Of a stretch of DNA of 64,000 nucleotides, positions 1 through 9,066 are shown piece by piece. The notes below the pieces were generated by a model. The model did not search any database, was not told the DNA's origin, and saw only the letters and a program-made list of their open reading frames with translations. Source of the DNA: Candidatus Oxydemutatoraceae bacterium (lineage in GTDB: Bacteria > Pseudomonadota > Gammaproteobacteria > Poriferisulfidales > Oxydemutatoraceae). Location: positions 1,324,769-1,388,768 of the forward strand of contig OZ244779.1 in NCBI GenBank assembly GCA_965219575.1. The letters are read 5' to 3'. Within the stretch, counting starts at the first letter, position 1, and the number at the start of each line of letters is the position of its first letter. The translations under genes were made by a program, and so were the position numbers.

Positions 1-3000
1 TTCAAGCAGCGCGTATTACCAATGGAATAGTAGCGATTGGCATTTCGGTAATGCAGATCAATATCCGATACTTAAATATACCACCGGCACCGAGAGTATG
101 CTTGTCGGTTTGCAGTCTTATGGTTTGGCAAGTTTGACAATCGCAGAGATTGTAACGCTATCTCCGAACTTCGATGCGACCCAATTGCATTATCGTGTCG
201 GTGTAGAATTGGATACCGATATAAGTCGCTTACATTTGACACCGAATGCATTGAACGAGGGTGCAACTATTCGTATCGTCAGCGACAATGGTTTCGACGA
301 GACGGTCGAGAGCGGTAGCGACAGTTCGGCGATTGTATTACGCTCTACCGATACGACGGTGATTAGCATCGAAGTCTCGGGGGCGCGACGCGTCCGATAT
401 CGGTTTGAAGTCGATTATTTCTCTTCGGGTCTAGATGATATCGATACCGACAAAGACGGATTGATAGAGATTCTGACACTCGAAGATTTGGATGCGATAC
501 GCAACGTTTTGGACGGTAGATATCTTAGATATCAAAACGCCGACGGTGTATTGATAGAAAGTGCCGGAGGTTGTCCGATCAGCGGCTGCAAAGGCTATGA
601 GTTATTGCGAGACTTAGATTTTAATAACCCGGCACATTACCGAGCGGGTCGTGTCAACACGGCATGGACCGGCGGGGCAGGTTGGCAGCCGATAGGCACA
701 TCGCTACATCCGTTCACGGCAACATTCAAAGGCAACGGCTATACGATTTCTAATTTGAGGGTGAATAGACCGGATAGAGACGGCGGTTTATTCGGTGTGA
801 TAGACGGTAGCGAAAGCGATGTCGTAATAGAGGATCTAGGTTTGTCGGATGTAGATATAGTCGGCGGTGCGTATGTCGGTGGTCTGGTCGGCACTAACCG
901 AGCGGGCGACATTCGCAAGAGTTATGTCACCGGTTATGTGGTGGCAAGAGGTGACGGCACATCGGCAATCGTCGGCGGTCTGGTCGGTAGGAATGTTGCC
1001 GGCTCGATTACCGAGTCGTATGCCGAGACACAAGTGAGAGGCAGTCTATCGGTCGGATTGTCGGTGGCATTGGCAGGTGGTTTGGTTGCCCTGAACGACG
1101 GTCGTGGTCGTATCGAGAATAGTTATGCGGTGGGGTCGGTAATCGGGTCGGGTTATGTCGGTGGTTTGGTTGCTCTCAATCGAAACTCTAGCGAAATCGT
1201 CGACAGCTATGCGGTGAATAAGGCTATAGCCATCGGAGCGATGTCTAAGGTAGGCGGTTTGGTTGCCGTCAACGGTTCGGAGGTTGACGATAGTTATTGG
1301 GATATAGAGGTCGGTGGTATCGCAGCGAGTGCCGCCGGCACTTCTGCGACTACGGCAATACTCCGATCGTCCACACCGACTTCACCGATCAATAGTATTT
1401 ATAAAGACTGGGATACCGATGTTTGGGAGTTCGCAGATGCGAATCGCTATCCCGAACTGAAAGCCATTGCCGATGTGCCGTTACTTGCTCCCGAAGGAAA
1501 GAGTTTGTTGCAAAGTTTGACCTTATCGAACAATGTTTGGTTATTTCCGTCTTTTCATCCGCTCATTTTCGACTACGATCTGATAGCCGAGGCCGATCGA
1601 ATGACCGAAGTACGAATCGATACCACCTCGACTCGAGTAGGTACGACAATCGATATTGCTTGTCGCAACGGCTTGATATGTTCGCCGGGTATTCCGACAT
1701 CGTTTGTATTGGACGGTAGCGATACAGGGAAAATTACGATAACCACGCATAACCTCGATGCCGGCGAATTGTCGTATAACTTCTCGATACGTTATCACGA
1801 GCTAAAGATTGAACGAGTGACGGCAACGACAACGACAAGCGTGCCGTTATCGTTGTCAATAGCCGAAGGCGAGCGTGTTCGTTTGATAGCTTCTTATGAT
1901 TTCGGTTTGAGTGCGGATTCTTATCGCTACCAATGGCGACAATCGTCGGGTGATATTCTGAAGTTTAACGATAAGCAATCGCCGGTTGATACGCAAAATG
2001 CAATGTTGGATTTTACGATACCCGACGATGTCGTGTCTAAGCAAGACGATAGCCGTATCGTTCAGTTGATAGCGGAAGTTAATGTGAACGATGATATCTA
2101 TCTAAGCAAGGCAGTAGCGTTGATAATTTCCAAACGGAATAACGACACTGCCGATCGTATTCGCTTGCTCAAAAATAGGGATAAACCGTACACTTATACC
2201 GTTCGAATTGAAAGAGAAGACGGTGGCGAGTTTGTAGACCGCGACGGGGGTTTTTCCGAAACCTATATACATTGGCAACGTCGTCGTAACAGTGCAGAGG
2301 ATTGGGTCGATGTCGGGAGCGGGTCTCCGTATACCATTCCCGACGAAGGAGATTATCAATATCGCGCACTCGCTATATATGAAGACAATCAAGGTTATCG
2401 CAAACAATTTGAATCCAGAGTCATAAATTATTTAGATATAGACGATGACGGCGACGGTCTGATAGAGATTCGTTATTTGGAAGAGTTGAATGCGATACGT
2501 TATCAGCCGAACGGTAGCGGGTATAAAGCGAAAGCGAAAGCGAAGAAGATTACTGCGGGCTGCCCTTTGGTCAACGGTAAAGAGAAATGCCGAGGCTATG
2601 AACTGGTCGCAGATTTGGATTTTAACAAGAACGAAAGCTATCGTACATCGAATCGGGCTATCCGCACCGCACTCAAGAATAGTTGGATGGTGAGCGATTT
2701 CACCGATGCAAGCGATTCGGGTTGGCAGCCTATAGGTGGGTTTAATGCCGTATTTAACGGCAACGGTTATACGATATCCAATATGCAAATAAACCGTAGC
2801 GTCGGCAATACAAACAACATAGGTCTATTTTCCCAAATAGGCGCAGTCGGAAGAGTTAAGAACTTGGGGCTTATAGATCCGGTAATCAAAGGTCTGGTCG
2901 GAGTCAAAAATGTAGGCGGCATTGCCGGCAGAATAGAACGCGGCGGTGTCGTCATGAATAGCTATGTGGCCGGCGATGTCGGCGCGGGAAACACCGATAA

Positions 3001-6000
3001 AATAATAACCGGCGATGTCGGGTTCGGCAAAGGTAGAGGTTTCCTAGGCGGGCTGGTAGGCTGGAACAAAGGTTTTATACTCAATAGTTATGCAAAGATC
3101 AACCTGATTTCCGAAGATTCCGGAACACCGGCAAACAAGCGGGTCGGAGTAGGCGGTTTGGTCGGTCGGAACATAGACGGCGGCAAGGTGTATAACAGCT
3201 ATGCGACCGGTGAGGTGAGAGGCCCTTGCATCGTCGGTGGTTTGGTAGGCAATCAGTTTTCCACCAATTCGGATCGGTTAGCGACAAGGAGCGAGATCAA
3301 AAACAGCTATGCGACCGGCAAAGTAGAGACCGGGTTCGGGACATGTAGTAATTCAGACGACAGAATTGCCGGTGGTTTAGTCGGTTTTAATAATAATTCA
3401 AGGATTGAAAATAGTTATGCCTTAGGTGAAATTTCCGGTGACGGTACACGCGCCGGCTTGGTTGCCGGAAGGTTTCCCGTCGGTGGCACCTCTATTGCAA
3501 ACCCGGTCAATAGTTATTGGAATTTTAGTACAAATTGTACCGATGGTTTAATATTCGACTCGGATAATAATAGGATACCCGTCGTGTTTTGTTATAAGAG
3601 CTCCGTTCCCACTCCGGTACCTCCCAATGCAAGGTTGAGTTTCGGGCTTCAATCGGCTACGATGCCGGATTTTGATTATGCGGCGTGTATAGAAGATAGT
3701 GGTGTTACTCGCCAATGTAGGACTTATGTAAATTGGAGTACTGTCAATTGGGATTTCGGCACTGTACAACAATATCCGGCACTCAAATACGGAGTCGGAT
3801 TGGATACCGATAACCCGGGTTGCGACACCGATCCCGAGACGGCATTGCCGAGTTGTAATGCTTTATTGTCCGGTCAGATTGCCGATGCACTTTTATTGAA
3901 TAGTCTTAGCTTATCCGCCGATTCAAAATCTGTGCAGCTGATCCCGAGCTTTATGCCGAGTAGATTGAACTACGAAGCGATAATTATTGCCGAGACATTA
4001 CCGGTTGTTATAAAAATCGCCACGAAGATCGGCGGCGGTAGTGAAATAACATTTCGTGAAGACGGTGACACACCCTTGCTCAAACAATCGGACAGTACCG
4101 CACAAGTTAGTGCGAATAGATCATTTAACCTCGGGATTGAGACTACACGCGAAAGTTATAGAAAAGCGAGCTATCAAATCCGGATATACTTAAGGCATCT
4201 GCCTCGGCCGAATGTACTCACGGTGGTCAACGGTAGCAGGCCCACCGAATTGATCACCGGAGATATTTTTGTTTTAGACGAAGGAGATATCGTTCGCTTC
4301 GATGCTTCGGAGAGTTTCGGACAGAACAATTCGCAGTTGGATTATCGGTGGAGTCAGGTATCGGGGAAGCCGTTGCTGTCGGAGATACAAACTACATCTA
4401 CTATAAAGTTTACGGTGCCCACCGATTTTGCCGCCGGAGACGAGAATGATAGCACGGTGGTCCTAAAACTGGAACTGAACGAAAGCAACGATCTATCAAC
4501 TACCGTAAGTAGAGAGGTACCGTTGCTGGTGAGAAAAATCAATAATGGAGATTCCGAGAGTGGTGTGAAATGGGTAAGTAGCGACACGCTTTCCGCAGAG
4601 GATTTGTCGGACGATATAGACGGAGGGCATGCGACCGATGTCGACTATCTGTGGTCGTTGGAACAAAACGGTAGATTTGTCGCAATACCCGGTGCGAATC
4701 TAAAAAGCTATACACCTCGCGTAGATGCTCGCAATGCGCAATACAGACTCTCCATAAGTTATACCGATGCACAAGGTTACCAAACGAATATCCACTACGA
4801 TGCACCGCGATTTACAACGATTGCAGACTTTGTGGATAAAGACAGCGACGGTTTGATAGAGATTGAGACACTCGAGACTCTCGATGCGATTCGTTATCAA
4901 CCGGACGGCAGCGGTTATCGTGCAAACACTACGGCGAGTAAGATTACTACAGGTTGTCCCGATAGCCGATGTAAAGGCTATGAATTAGTCAAGGATTTAA
5001 ATTTTCTGGACGACGCCGGCTATAGTTCAACGGTTAATAAAGTGGCTTGGACGACCGGCGCAGGTTGGCAACCGATAGGTATTGTTGCCAACAATCGCTG
5101 TAGTGATTCGGGTAGCGACTGTTTTGCCGGTATTTTGGAAGGCAACGGATATAGCATTTCCAATTTATCGATCAATAGAAAGCGTAGCGATAATGTGGGT
5201 TTATTTTCCGGAAATATCGGTAGCATTCGCAATCTCGGTTTATCGGAAATAGAAGTGAGAGGCAATTCGAGGGTCGGTGGCCTCGTCGGTCAAAATGAGG
5301 GTGAACTAATGAATGTTTATATAGTCGAAGGCAGGGTTGAAGGGCAAAATAATGTCATCGGTCTGTTAACCGGCATCAGCGCGTCGGGTTCGTCGATTAT
5401 CAATAGTTATGTCAGTGGCACTGTCGTAGGTTCTCGTTTTGTCGGTGGCATCTGTGGCATAAACTACGGTGGCATTGTCGGTAGCTATGCGGTTGCCGAT
5501 GTTTCGGCACAGCGGGATGCGGGCGGTCTGGTCGGCGAGAATCAAGGCACTATCAGCAACAGCTATACATCAGGCTCGGTTAGTATCAATGAGAAAGAAC
5601 GAGCTGTCGGAGGTCTAGTCGGTGTATTATGGTCGGGCGGTCGTATTGATAACAGTTACTCGACTGCCGAGGTAAAAACAGACTTTGTTGCAACAGCCAA
5701 TAGCGATGCGCAGTATGTAGGTGGTTTAATCGGCAACCGAGAATCACCCAGCCTACAAGTCAATAATAGTTATTGGGATACCGATGCGAGTGGGCGGACG
5801 AACTCTCCGGGAGGCGGTATCGCCAAGACCAAGGCTGAATTGCAAATGCCGACTGTAGCGGGAGCAAGGGTCAATGCTGTTTATTACAACTGGGATGCCG
5901 ACAGATGGGATTTCGGCACTTCCGAGGCGTATCCGGCACTCAAATACTACGATAATACGTGTGCCACTGCCACACCGTCGCCGGATTGCGGTAGATTATT

Positions 6001-7036
6001 GCTCCATCAACGTATCGGCTTGAGAGATATAAAGCTGGAGCAGAATGTGGAGGGAGAACGGCTGTATCTTTCTCCCGATTTTGATTCTACGGTTACAGCT
6101 TATACGGTATCGGTGCATGCCGATGCGAGCGAATTGAGAATTATCCCGCTAGCGGCTAATCCCGATGCGGATATCGTAGCCGACGGCAAGGTCTTATCGG
6201 CAAACCACAGCGGCTATACCATTGCGATAGATACTTCCGAGCCTACATCGACGGTTATGCGAGTTGCGGCGAGCAATTCGATGGGAACGGAGGATCCCAT
6301 TGCATATAGATTGACGGTAAACAATCGTTTGCCCGAGATAGATATTAACGCGCCCGCTTCGATAAGCGAAGGCGAAACCCTTAGATTAAATGCCTCTATA
6401 GCAGATGCCGACGGAGACGAGTTGCGTTACCGTCTGAGTGCAATGACCGACTTATTGCCGGGTTTAGAGGAGACCACCGGCACTGCGGTAGGTCGTGCCG
6501 ATTTGGTGTATGCGCTTAGTATACCGAGTGATCTGCTCGGTGCCAGGCAAAGCACCGATGATATGGAAATCGTGTTGACGGTTGAGGATAGGCATAGCGT
6601 TATCGGTGAAACGGTGTCGATAACGATAATCAAAGAAAATAACGGTGCTATATCGGTTCCTTTGCCTACGCTGAATGGTTTCACATACACCGTCGGAGAT
6701 ATAGATTTGTCGTCGGATGTGGACGGAGTAAATCCTGCTCCCGAGATAGCCTACCGATGGCAAGAAGAATTGCTGGGTAGCTGGTCGGATATTGATGGTA
6801 CTACCGATCAAAGTTATACCGTGAGAGGTATTATAGGTGACCGTTACCGCGTATTGGTCGATTATACCGATAAGCAAGGCTATAGACATCGGCGCGTTGC
6901 ATCTCCGGCGGTGTCGGCACCGCAGCAATTTATTTATGATGTCGTGAGATCTAGAGGTGCCGTGAGAACTTCGTCAAGTCTGCCACCAAGTATTTTTATA
7001 CACCTCAGAATATTTCCCGAGGGTTTGTTAAAGTAA
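1..7036 (+). CDS. Giant repetitive surface protein (GLUG-type repeats, cadherin-like beta-sandwich domains, DxDxDG motifs); 5' end lies outside the window
   Basis: Frame is open from position 2 (SSSAYYQWNSSDWHFGNADQYPILKY), the same motif as three internal copies (e.g. YYNWDADRWDFGTSEAYPALKY). Three modules DxDxDGLIEI..LE.L.AIR..GCP..C.GYEL are followed by VGGLVG.N repeats. Confidence 0.8.
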   Translation, partial: SSSAYYQWNSSDWHFGNADQYPILKYTTGTESMLVGLQSYGLASLTIAEIVTLSPNFDATQLHYRVGVELDTDISRLHLTPNALNEGATIRIVSDNGFDETVESGSDSSAIVLRSTDTTVISIEVSGARRVRYRFEVDYFSSGLDDIDTDKDGLIEILTLEDLDAIRNVLDGRYLRYQNADGVLIESAGGCPISGCKGYELLRDLDFNNPAHYRAGRVNTAWTGGAGWQPIGTSLHPFTATFKGNGYTISNLRVNRPDRDGGLFGVIDGSESDVVIEDLGLSDVDIVGGAYVGGLVGTNRAGDIRKSYVTGYVVARGDGTSAIVGGLVGRNVAGSITESYAETQVRGSLSVGLSVALAGGLVALNDGRGRIENSYAVGSVIGSGYVGGLVALNRNSSEIVDSYAVNKAIAIGAMSKVGGLVAVNGSEVDDSYWDIEVGGIAASAAGTSATTAILRSSTPTSPINSIYKDWDTDVWEFADANRYPELKAIADVPLLAPEGKSLLQSLTLSNNVWLFPSFHPLIFDYDLIAEADRMTEVRIDTTSTRVGTTIDIACRNGLICSPGIPTSFVLDGSDTGKITITTHNLDAGELSYNFSIRYHELKIERVTATTTTSVPLSLSIAEGERVRLIASYDFGLSADSYRYQWRQSSGDILKFNDKQSPVDTQNAMLDFTIPDDVVSKQDDSRIVQLIAEVNVNDDIYLSKAVALIISKRNNDTADRIRLLKNRDKPYTYTVRIEREDGGEFVDRDGGFSETYIHWQRRRNSAEDWVDVGSGSPYTIPDEGDYQYRALAIYEDNQGYRKQFESRVINYLDIDDDGDGLIEIRYLEELNAIRYQPNGSGYKAKAKAKKITAGCPLVNGKEKCRGYELVADLDFNKNESYRTSNRAIRTALKNSWMVSDFTDASDSGWQPIGGFNAVFNGNGYTISNMQINRSVGNTNNIGLFSQIGAVGRVKNLGLIDPVIKGLVGVKNVGGIAGRIERGGVVMNSYVAGDVGAGNTDKIITGDVGFGKGRGFLGGLVGWNKGFILNSYAKINLISEDSGTPANKRVGVGGLVGRNIDGGKVYNSYATGEVRGPCIVGGLVGNQFSTNSDRLATRSEIKNSYATGKVETGFGTCSNSDDRIAGGLVGFNNNSRIENSYALGEISGDGTRAGLVAGRFPVGGTSIANPVNSYWNFSTNCTDGLIFDSDNNRIPVVFCYKSSVPTPVPPNARLSFGLQSATMPDFDYAACIEDSGVTRQCRTYVNWSTVNWDFGTVQQYPALKYGVGLDTDNPGCDTDPETALPSCNALLSGQIADALLLNSLSLSADSKSVQLIPSFMPSRLNYEAIIIAETLPVVIKIATKIGGGSEITFREDGDTPLLKQSDSTAQVSANRSFNLGIETTRESYRKASYQIRIYLRHLPRPNVLTVVNGSRPTELITGDIFVLDEGDIVRFDASESFGQNNSQLDYRWSQVSGKPLLSEIQTTSTIKFTVPTDFAAGDENDSTVVLKLELNESNDLSTTVSREVPLLVRKINNGDSESGVKWVSSDTLSAEDLSDDIDGGHATDVDYLWSLEQNGRFVAIPGANLKSYTPRVDARNAQYRLSISYTDAQGYQTNIHYDAPRFTTIADFVDKDSDGLIEIETLETLDAIRYQPDGSGYRANTTASKITTGCPDSRCKGYELVKDLNFLDDAGYSSTVNKVAWTTGAGWQPIGIVANNRCSDSGSDCFAGILEGNGYSISNLSINRKRSDNVGLFSGNIGSIRNLGLSEIEVRGNSRVGGLVGQNEGELMNVYIVEGRVEGQNNVIGLLTGISASGSSIINSYVSGTVVGSRFVGGICGINYGGIVGSYAVADVSAQRDAGGLVGENQGTISNSYTSGSVSINEKERAVGGLVGVLWSGGRIDNSYSTAEVKTDFVATANSDAQYVGGLIGNRESPSLQVNNSYWDTDASGRTNSPGGGIAKTKAELQMPTVAGARVNAVYYNWDADRWDFGTSEAYPALKYYDNTCATATPSPDCGRLLLHQRIGLRDIKLEQNVEGERLYLSPDFDSTVTAYTVSVHADASELRIIPLAANPDADIVADGKVLSANHSGYTIAIDTSEPTSTVMRVAASNSMGTEDPIAYRLTVNNRLPEIDINAPASISEGETLRLNASIADADGDELRYRLSAMTDLLPGLEETTGTAVGRADLVYALSIPSDLLGARQSTDDMEIVLTVEDRHSVIGETVSITIIKENNGAISVPLPTLNGFTYTVGDIDLSSDVDGVNPAPEIAYRWQEELLGSWSDIDGTTDQSYTVRGIIGDRYRVLVDYTDKQGYRHRRVASPAVSAPQQFIYDVVRSRGAVRTSSSLPPSIFIHLRIFPEGLLK

Positions 7037-7241
7037 TCCGTTCCTTTCTATAGGAGAGGAAGACCAATCCTATATTTATTAGCTTATATCGTAATCTTAC
7101 AAACATCCCGTTATACCGTTCGTCGGATATTAGCTACCGTTCAACCCGGAACCGGTTGCATGCCTATTTCTATAGGATAAGGTTGTAATGCTTGTTGTTT
7201 AGCAAGTATTTACATATAATTATTGATAGGAGTTTTTCATT

Positions 7242-7874
7242 ATGTATAGACCAATTTTATTTAAAACTTTTGCCAAAATTCCTAATACCACCGATGAAGA
7301 GGTCGGTATGGTGATAGATAGTATTACCTACATAAACGAACTTTCTTTTAGAGATGCTGTTAGGGATATGGCAACCAAAGCCGATATTAAAGATATGGTA
7401 GTCAAAGCCGATATTAAAGATATGGTGGTCAAAGCCGATATTAAAGATATGGTAGTCAAAGCCGATATTAAAGATATGGTAGTCAAAGCCGATATTAAAG
7501 ATATGGTAGTCAAAGCCGATATTAAAGATATGGTGGTCAAGGATGATATTAAAGATATGGTGGTCAAGGATGATATTAAAGATATGGTGGTCAAGGATGA
7601 TATTAAAGATATGGTGGTCAAGGATGATATTAAAGATATGGTGGTCAAGGATGATATTAAAGATATGGCAACCAAGGACGATATTAAAGACCTAGAGTCC
7701 AGAATGGCAACCAAGGCCGACATCAAATATCTAGAATCTATAATGGCAACTAAGGAGGACATTAGAAAATCGGAGAATAAAATGCTTTTTAGAATAGTAG
7801 GATTGCTTGCGGCAACAGTGCTTGTGAATCTTTCTCTAACCGGCATGATGTTACGATTTTTTTTGTCTAGCTAA
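7242..7874 (+). CDS. Coiled-coil tandem-repeat protein with C-terminal membrane anchor (Bdr/DUF1640-like architecture)
   Basis: AGGAG RBS; 12 nonamers M(V/A)(V/T)K(A/D)DIKD; hydrophobic tail IVGLLAATVLVNLSLTGMMLRFF. Confidence 0.65.
   Translation: MYRPILFKTFAKIPNTTDEEVGMVIDSITYINELSFRDAVRDMATKADIKDMVVKADIKDMVVKADIKDMVVKADIKDMVVKADIKDMVVKADIKDMVVKDDIKDMVVKDDIKDMVVKDDIKDMVVKDDIKDMVVKDDIKDMATKDDIKDLESRMATKADIKYLESIMATKEDIRKSENKMLFRIVGLLAATVLVNLSLTGMMLRFFLSS
7368..7691 (+). repeat. 27-bp coding tandem repeat, 12 units
   Basis: Unit ATGGT(A/G)GTCAA(AGCC/GGAT)GATATTAAAGAT read directly. Confidence 0.95.
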
Positions 7875-7897
7875 AATTACATGTGGATTGAATAAAA

Positions 7898-8728
7898 GTG
7901 AGTTTTATTAATTCTTTACCTCCTACCGTTTGGACTTTCATAGTAATTTCTTTATTAGGGGTTATAGCGACCTTTATATATAAGATATTGATTATTGATT
8001 GGAAAATGAGAGACCTTGAACCCATCAGAAAAAATGCAGATGAAATTTCTAAAATGCCGGAGGAAATAAGGAATGTCGGAAATAGGGTAGCCACCCTTGA
8101 GAAGACGACGGAGATCGTTGTATATAAGGTAGACACCCTCGAGAAGACGACAGCCAATCTTGAGAAGACGACAGCTACCCTCGAGAAAACAACAGAGCGC
8201 GTCGTAAATAAGGTAGCTACCCTCGAGAAAACGACAGAGCGCGTCGTAAATAAGGTAGCTACCCTCGAGAAAACGACAGAGCATGTCGTAAACAAGGTAG
8301 CCGTTCTTGAGAATACAACGGAAAGTATTTCTAGACAAATGGCAGGAGTTGGTGGTCGGCAATATACGGAAGCCAATAGTCCGATGTCGCTAAACGATAG
8401 AGGCAGAGAACTATCTAAAGAGATGGGGGCAGCAGAGATTGCGAGTAAATATAGAGCAAAACTCGTTGATAAAGCCAGAGATGAAGATGGAGGTCCGTAT
8501 CAAATACAAGAAAGTTGCTTTGATTGTGCAGCAAAGGAAATTCTCAAGGACTTAGAAGAAAAAGACAAAAAGACTTTTAGGCACTTAACCGATATAGCTT
8601 ATAAAGAAGGTGTACAAATAGAAATACTTATGCGAATTGTAGGATTGGTTCTAAGAGACCAAGTATTACAGGCTATTGATCACGAAGATAGATTTGATAT
8701 TGAAAAAGAAGTAACAAAAAACAGCTGA
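7898..8728 (+). CDS. Hypothetical protein with N-terminal TM helix and 14-aa coiled-coil repeats
   Basis: TM segment VWTFIVISLLGVIATFIY; repeats KVATLEKTTERVVN. Confidence 0.7.
   Translation: MSFINSLPPTVWTFIVISLLGVIATFIYKILIIDWKMRDLEPIRKNADEISKMPEEIRNVGNRVATLEKTTEIVVYKVDTLEKTTANLEKTTATLEKTTERVVNKVATLEKTTERVVNKVATLEKTTEHVVNKVAVLENTTESISRQMAGVGGRQYTEANSPMSLNDRGRELSKEMGAAEIASKYRAKLVDKARDEDGGPYQIQESCFDCAAKEILKDLEEKDKKTFRHLTDIAYKEGVQIEILMRIVGLVLRDQVLQAIDHEDRFDIEKEVTKNS
8082..8322 (+). repeat. 21/42-bp coding tandem repeat
   Basis: AAGGTAGCTACCCTCGAGAAAACGACAGAGCGCGTCGTAAAT and variants. Confidence 0.85.
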
Positions 8729-8753
8729 CAGTCCCCGTATGAAAATAAAAGTA

Positions 8754-8966
8754 GGGCTGTTGAAAAAGTATCGTCGGCGTGCAACCGTAACCGCTTGCGC
8801 CGTGAATTTATAATAATCACCAAGCCGTAGGGGCAGTATAAAGCCGCCGATTGAGCCGGTAGGTCAATCGGCAATTTAATTTTAGTCCGCCCCTACAGGT
8901 GGTTTGCAAATATTCACGGCGCACAGCGATTGGGTTTGAGCGATACCCTCACTTTTTCAACAGCCC
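8754..8966. mobile_element. MITE-like modular repeat with terminal inverted repeats and internal GTAG-type REP
   Basis: GGGCTGTTGAAAAAGT...ACTTTTTCAACAGCCC; internal GTAGGGGC..GCCCCTAC and GCCGATTGA..TCAATCGGC palindromes. Confidence 0.8.
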
Positions 8967-8967
8967 C

Positions 8968-9011
8968 AAGTCATCAATTTGTAATATATTTTTCATATTG
9001 ATGTCACAAAA
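8968..9011 (+). promoter_or_regulatory. Pho box array (4 half-sites)
   Basis: GTCAT/GTAAT/TTCAT/GTCAC at 8970, 8981, 8992, 9003 (11-bp period), upstream of a phosphate porin. Confidence 0.75.
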
Positions 9012-9066
9012 ATTACGATAATAACAAAACAATATATAACTTTTTGTTTTTACTAAAGGAGATACC

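Noticed and set aside
7368-7691. CRISPR array
   Set aside because: No unique spacers; in-frame coding repeat
7328-8376. Long antisense ORFs over the repeat genes
   Set aside because: Shadow frames of stop-free tandem repeats
8680-8874. Small ORF family (also 52166-52420, 61409-61619) with similar peptides
   Set aside because: Translations of the non-coding repeat family
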